Under the pieces are notes generated by a model. That model did not search any database and was not told where the DNA came from. It saw nothing but the letters and a program-made list of their open reading frames with translations. Source: Trueperaceae bacterium (GTDB lineage: Bacteria; Deinococcota; Deinococci; Deinococcales; Trueperaceae). From it: DNA of 64,000 nucleotides. The stretch covers positions 736,001 through 800,000 of the forward strand of contig JAXHNB010000005.1 in the NCBI GenBank assembly GCA_034520945.1, read 5' to 3'. This document shows positions 60,474 through 64,000 of the stretch, one piece after another. The position numbers and the translations under genes were made by a program. How positions within the stretch are numbered: position 1 is the first letter of the stretch; each line of letters opens with the position of its first letter.

Positions 60474-61853
60474 ATGCCCGACACGGACGACCTGGCCACG
60501 CTGCTCGCGCGGCACGACAAGCCAGGGCCTCGCTACACCTCGTACCCCACCGCCACCCTGTTCCACGACGGCGTGGACGAGGCCGCCTACCAGCGGGCCC
60601 TCGCCGACGCCGCCGCCGTGGACGCGCCCCTGTCCCTGTACGTGCACCTGCCGTTCTGCGCCGAGCGGTGCCTGTACTGCGCCTGCAACGTCGTCATCAC
60701 CCAGCACCCCGAGGTCAGCGAGCCCTACCTCGAGCACCTGCGCCGCGAGATCGACCTCGTGGCGACGCACCTCGGCACGGCCCGTCCCGTGCGGCAGTTC
60801 CACTTCGGCGGCGGCACGCCCACCTACTACGCCCCCGCGCAGTTGGCCGAGTTGATGTCCTACCTGCGGGCCCGCTTCGCGTTCGAACCGGGGGCCGAGG
60901 TGGCGCTGGAGGCCGACCCGCGGGTGACCACCACCGAGCATTTGGAGGTCCTCGCCGACCACGGCTTCAACCGACTGTCGCTCGGGGTGCAGGACTTCGA
61001 CCCCCGCGTGCAGGAGGCCGTCCACCGCGTACAGGGCTTCCAGGACACCATGCGCCTGGTCGAGGCCGCCCGGCGCTACGGCTTCACCTCGGTCAACGTC
61101 GACCTGATCCACGGCCTGCCGTACCAGACGCCGAGCTCCTTCGCCCGGACGGTCGACCAGGTGCTGCGGATGGCCCCCGACCGGCTGGCGGTGTACTCCT
61201 TCGCGCACGTGCCGTGGATCGCGCCGCACCAGAAGCGCCTGCCCGAAGACGCCATCCCCCGCGGCGAGGAGAAGTACCGGCTGCTGGCCACGGCGCGCGA
61301 GCGCCTCACCGGCGCCGGTTACCTCGACGTCGGCATGGATCACTTCGCCCGGCCCGACGACGAGCTGGCCCAGGCGCAACGCGAGGGCCGCCTGTCGCGC
61401 AACTTCATGGGGTACACGCCGGTCCGCGCCGGCGACGTGATCGGCCTGGGCCTGTCCGCCATCGGCGAGGTGCAGGGCCGCTTCGTGCAGAACCACCGCA
61501 AGCTGAACCGCTACCAAGATGCGGTGGCGGCGGGCCGGCTGCCCACCGCGCGCGGCTACGAGTTGAGCGACGACGACCGCGTGCGGCAGCACCTGATCCG
61601 CGAGTGGATGTGCAACCTGCACCTTCCCGTCCGCGACCTCGAAGCGCGCTTCGGCATCGCGTTCGACGCCTACTTCGCCGAAGAACGAGGCGAGATCGAC
61701 GCCCTGGTGCGGGACGGGTTCCTGGAGCCGAACGAGGACGGCTTCCGCGCCGGCCCGCTGGGACGCATGTTCCTCCGCAACGTCGCCATGGTGTTCGACC
61801 GGCACCTGCGCGAGCGCACGCCGGACCGGCCGACCTTCTCACGAACGGTGTGA
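60474..61853 (+). CDS. hemN: oxygen-independent coproporphyrinogen III oxidase
   Basis: GPRYTSYPTA, YVHLPFCAERCLYCAC, GGGTP, GMDHFA, RNFMGY and C-terminal FSRTV. Confidence 0.93.
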   Translation: MPDTDDLATLLARHDKPGPRYTSYPTATLFHDGVDEAAYQRALADAAAVDAPLSLYVHLPFCAERCLYCACNVVITQHPEVSEPYLEHLRREIDLVATHLGTARPVRQFHFGGGTPTYYAPAQLAELMSYLRARFAFEPGAEVALEADPRVTTTEHLEVLADHGFNRLSLGVQDFDPRVQEAVHRVQGFQDTMRLVEAARRYGFTSVNVDLIHGLPYQTPSSFARTVDQVLRMAPDRLAVYSFAHVPWIAPHQKRLPEDAIPRGEEKYRLLATARERLTGAGYLDVGMDHFARPDDELAQAQREGRLSRNFMGYTPVRAGDVIGLGLSAIGEVQGRFVQNHRKLNRYQDAVAAGRLPTARGYELSDDDRVRQHLIREWMCNLHLPVRDLEARFGIAFDAYFAEERGEIDALVRDGFLEPNEDGFRAGPLGRMFLRNVAMVFDRHLRERTPDRPTFSRTV

Positions 61854-61891
61854 GTGGGGGGCGCGCCGGTCGGTCCTGCGTTCGCGGCATG

Positions 61892-61921
61892 TTGGCAGCC
61901 GCGGCGCTGGCCGGGTATACT
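61892..61921 (+). promoter_or_regulatory. putative tRNA promoter
   Basis: TTGGCA, 18-bp spacer, TATACT, then a GC-rich stretch. Confidence 0.55.
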
Positions 61922-61945
61922 TCCCGCCGGCTTCGGCCCGCGTGT

Positions 61946-62021
<76 letters not shown>

Positions 62022-62033
62022 CCGTGAGGGAAT

Positions 62034-62066
62034 GGACGCGCGAACACGGTTCGCGCGTCCGATTTC
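62034..62066 (+). terminator. hairpin terminator after tRNA-Trp
   Basis: ggacgcgcgaac-acg-gttcgcgcgtcc followed by gatttc. Confidence 0.7.
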
Positions 62067-62592
62067 GTGTGGGGTCGCCGCACGGGAGATGCAACATTTC
62101 GCAGGCTCCATACCCTCGAGGAAGACGCCGACCGCTCGGTCGGTCGTTGCGTGGGCACTTGTCCCCGACACGCAGGCCGTCCTGAGCAATACCCCAGTGT
62201 TGGGTGGTGGCGCCCGTGCACCACATGGAACTCCGCACAAAGTGACGAATGCACGTTGGATTTTTCACGTCGCTATGATCATGGGCTCCGACGGACATCC
62301 GAGATGGCCCAACGCGCGTGCCTCTACGCGAGCTCCGTTGGAGCATTTCGAATCTCCGTCCCGTGGAAGCCTCCGGCTTGCACGAGTCAGCATCGAGGTG
62401 GCATTGACGCCGGGACCCGTAGATTGGGCGCTGATCGGGACGGCCGAGCCAGTGGCGCAACCGACCAAAGATGCATCCATATTGGTGCTGGGATGGCGCA
62501 GCGCGCCGTAGACCCAGATCGTTCGAGGCGCCCTCGCGACCTTCGAGCGAACACTCCACGCTCTTCGAGGGGCAAAGGAGAGGGATGCAGAT

Positions 62593-64000
62593 ATGAAGCG
62601 GTTAGGACTGGCAGTACTTTTCGTTCTCTTGGTCGCCGCGTGCGGCACGCAACCGCAGGTGGCGTCATGGGTCGGAAGTGTGACCTTGGACCCCGCCGAC
62701 GGCGCGGTGGACGTTCCCGTCGACACCGACATCACGGCCACCTACGACTTCAGTCAAGGCGACATCGCGGACGCCGACATCGTGTTCACGGTGACGGCGG
62801 CCGAGTCCGAGACGGCCGGCGTGCACACCGCACAGGTCGCGGGCCAAACCACCGTAAACGTCGCGGCCGGCCAGGTAATCTTCGAGCCGGACGACGACCT
62901 GGCGCACGGCACCACCTACCAGGTGACCGCGCAAGGGAGCGTGACCCTCGACAACGGTGACACGCCCGAGGGCGAAGCGACCTGGAGCTTCACGACCGTC
63001 GAAGCAGAGCCCGAACCCGAGGAGCCCGCGTTCGACGTCACCCCCCCAGGGGACGACCCGATCGTGATCGACGACGCCTCGGGCGAAGGCTCGCCGGACG
63101 TTCAGGTCGACAACGCGTCCGATGGGCCAATCGACGTGAGCATCGTGTGCACGGACGAAGGTGGCGCCGACGCGGCCGGCTTCAGCGTGCAGCCGTCCAC
63201 CGTCGACCCCGACAGCGCGGCCCAAGTGACCGTCGTCGCGGGCGCCGCCGTTTCCGACGGGACCTACACCTGCGTCATCACTGTCAGCGACGGCGAGCAG
63301 AGCGTCGAGACCACCGTCGAGGTCGTCGTGAATCGCGACGATGACGGGCCGAGCGACGTCGACGGCTTGGGTCTACCCGACGATGGGTCGATCACCTTCA
63401 CCATCGACGACAGCGACCAGGGCTCGGCGGATTTCTCCGTCACGCGCGTGGATGGCTTCGGTGGGAACGTCACGCTGGTGGGCGAATGCTCCCAGGGCGG
63501 CCTGCAGGTCGAGAGCGTGACGAGCCCCCTGGTCGATCCCGCGACGGACGCCACGTTGGTCGTGAGCCTGGTAACCCCCGCCAACGGATTGGCGAACGGG
63601 ACGTACCCAGGGGCGTGCGAGATCACGGCCAGTGCGGACGGCTCGACCAATGCGACGACCACGGTGGACGTGGTGGTGGATCGCACCATCGACGGCTTCC
63701 AGCTTCCGGGCAGCGACGGAACCGGCATCACCGTCACCGTCGACGACGGCAACGATCCGGCCACGCATGCCTTGAGCATCGCGCGCGCGAACAACTTCGA
63801 TGAGGAAGTGACGCTGAGCGTAGAATGCTCCGCGACCGGCGACGGCAGCGACATCGCGGCCTCGCTTCAGCCCGAGGCCACGACCGAAGACAGCAGCACC
63901 TTGACCGTCGACGCACCGGGCGTGCCGAACGGCACCTACACGGACGCATGCACCGTGACGGGGACCGCACAAGGCTCGACCGACTCCAGTACGAACGTGA
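62593..64000 (+). CDS. large acidic Ig-like repeat surface lipoprotein, 3'-truncated (absent from the ORF track)
   Basis: MKRLGLAVLFVLLVAA-C lipobox. Big_5-like first domain (PADGAVDVPVDT...LAHGTTYQVT...WSFTT), then Cys-paired repeats. No stop before the window end. Confidence 0.88.
   Translation, partial: MKRLGLAVLFVLLVAACGTQPQVASWVGSVTLDPADGAVDVPVDTDITATYDFSQGDIADADIVFTVTAAESETAGVHTAQVAGQTTVNVAAGQVIFEPDDDLAHGTTYQVTAQGSVTLDNGDTPEGEATWSFTTVEAEPEPEEPAFDVTPPGDDPIVIDDASGEGSPDVQVDNASDGPIDVSIVCTDEGGADAAGFSVQPSTVDPDSAAQVTVVAGAAVSDGTYTCVITVSDGEQSVETTVEVVVNRDDDGPSDVDGLGLPDDGSITFTIDDSDQGSADFSVTRVDGFGGNVTLVGECSQGGLQVESVTSPLVDPATDATLVVSLVTPANGLANGTYPGACEITASADGSTNATTTVDVVVDRTIDGFQLPGSDGTGITVTVDDGNDPATHALSIARANNFDEEVTLSVECSATGDGSDIAASLQPEATTEDSSTLTVDAPGVPNGTYTDACTVTGTAQGSTDSSTNV

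Noticed and set aside
62360..62410. AAGCCTCCGGC resembling part of a c-di-GMP-I riboswitch
   Set aside because: The upstream GGCAAA/GNRA hairpin and the closing P1 elements are not present.

Overview
High-GC chromosomal backbone, most likely Deinococcota (Trueperaceae-like). This is inferred from DUF3248/DUF3809/DUF1999-type genes, a PQQ-propeller Ser/Thr kinase and many apparently leaderless genes. About 56 CDS are supportable, mostly housekeeping: glgP, pgl, lepB, htrA, mnmE, hemL, truA, asp23-fakA, pyrF, secA, rsmD, lon, rsmB, spoVS, ilvBNC-leuA-cimA, gltB, murA, rapZ-yvcK, hisCBH, nfeD-floA-phoH-pgpH-ybeY-dgkA-cdd and hemN. There is one tRNA-Trp, followed by a very acidic Ig-repeat lipoprotein that runs off the window end. 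I see no integrase, transposase, prophage, CRISPR or recognisable defence system. The most interesting signals are regulatory. (1) The ilv-leu operon appears to have two leader peptides: a Val/Ile/Leu leader plus hairpin before ilvB, and an internal Leu-rich mini-ORF coupled to the ilvC stop whose Leu-Leu-Pro codons are exactly complementary to the leuA Shine-Dalgarno region. (2) spoVS, and possibly phoH, appear to start at ATC. (3) An RHH-like regulator and a kinase are divergent from murA across overlapping promoters. Two +1 frameshifts (gltB and a DOMON-like gene) are probably sequencing errors. Family assignments come from motif recognition, not database searches.
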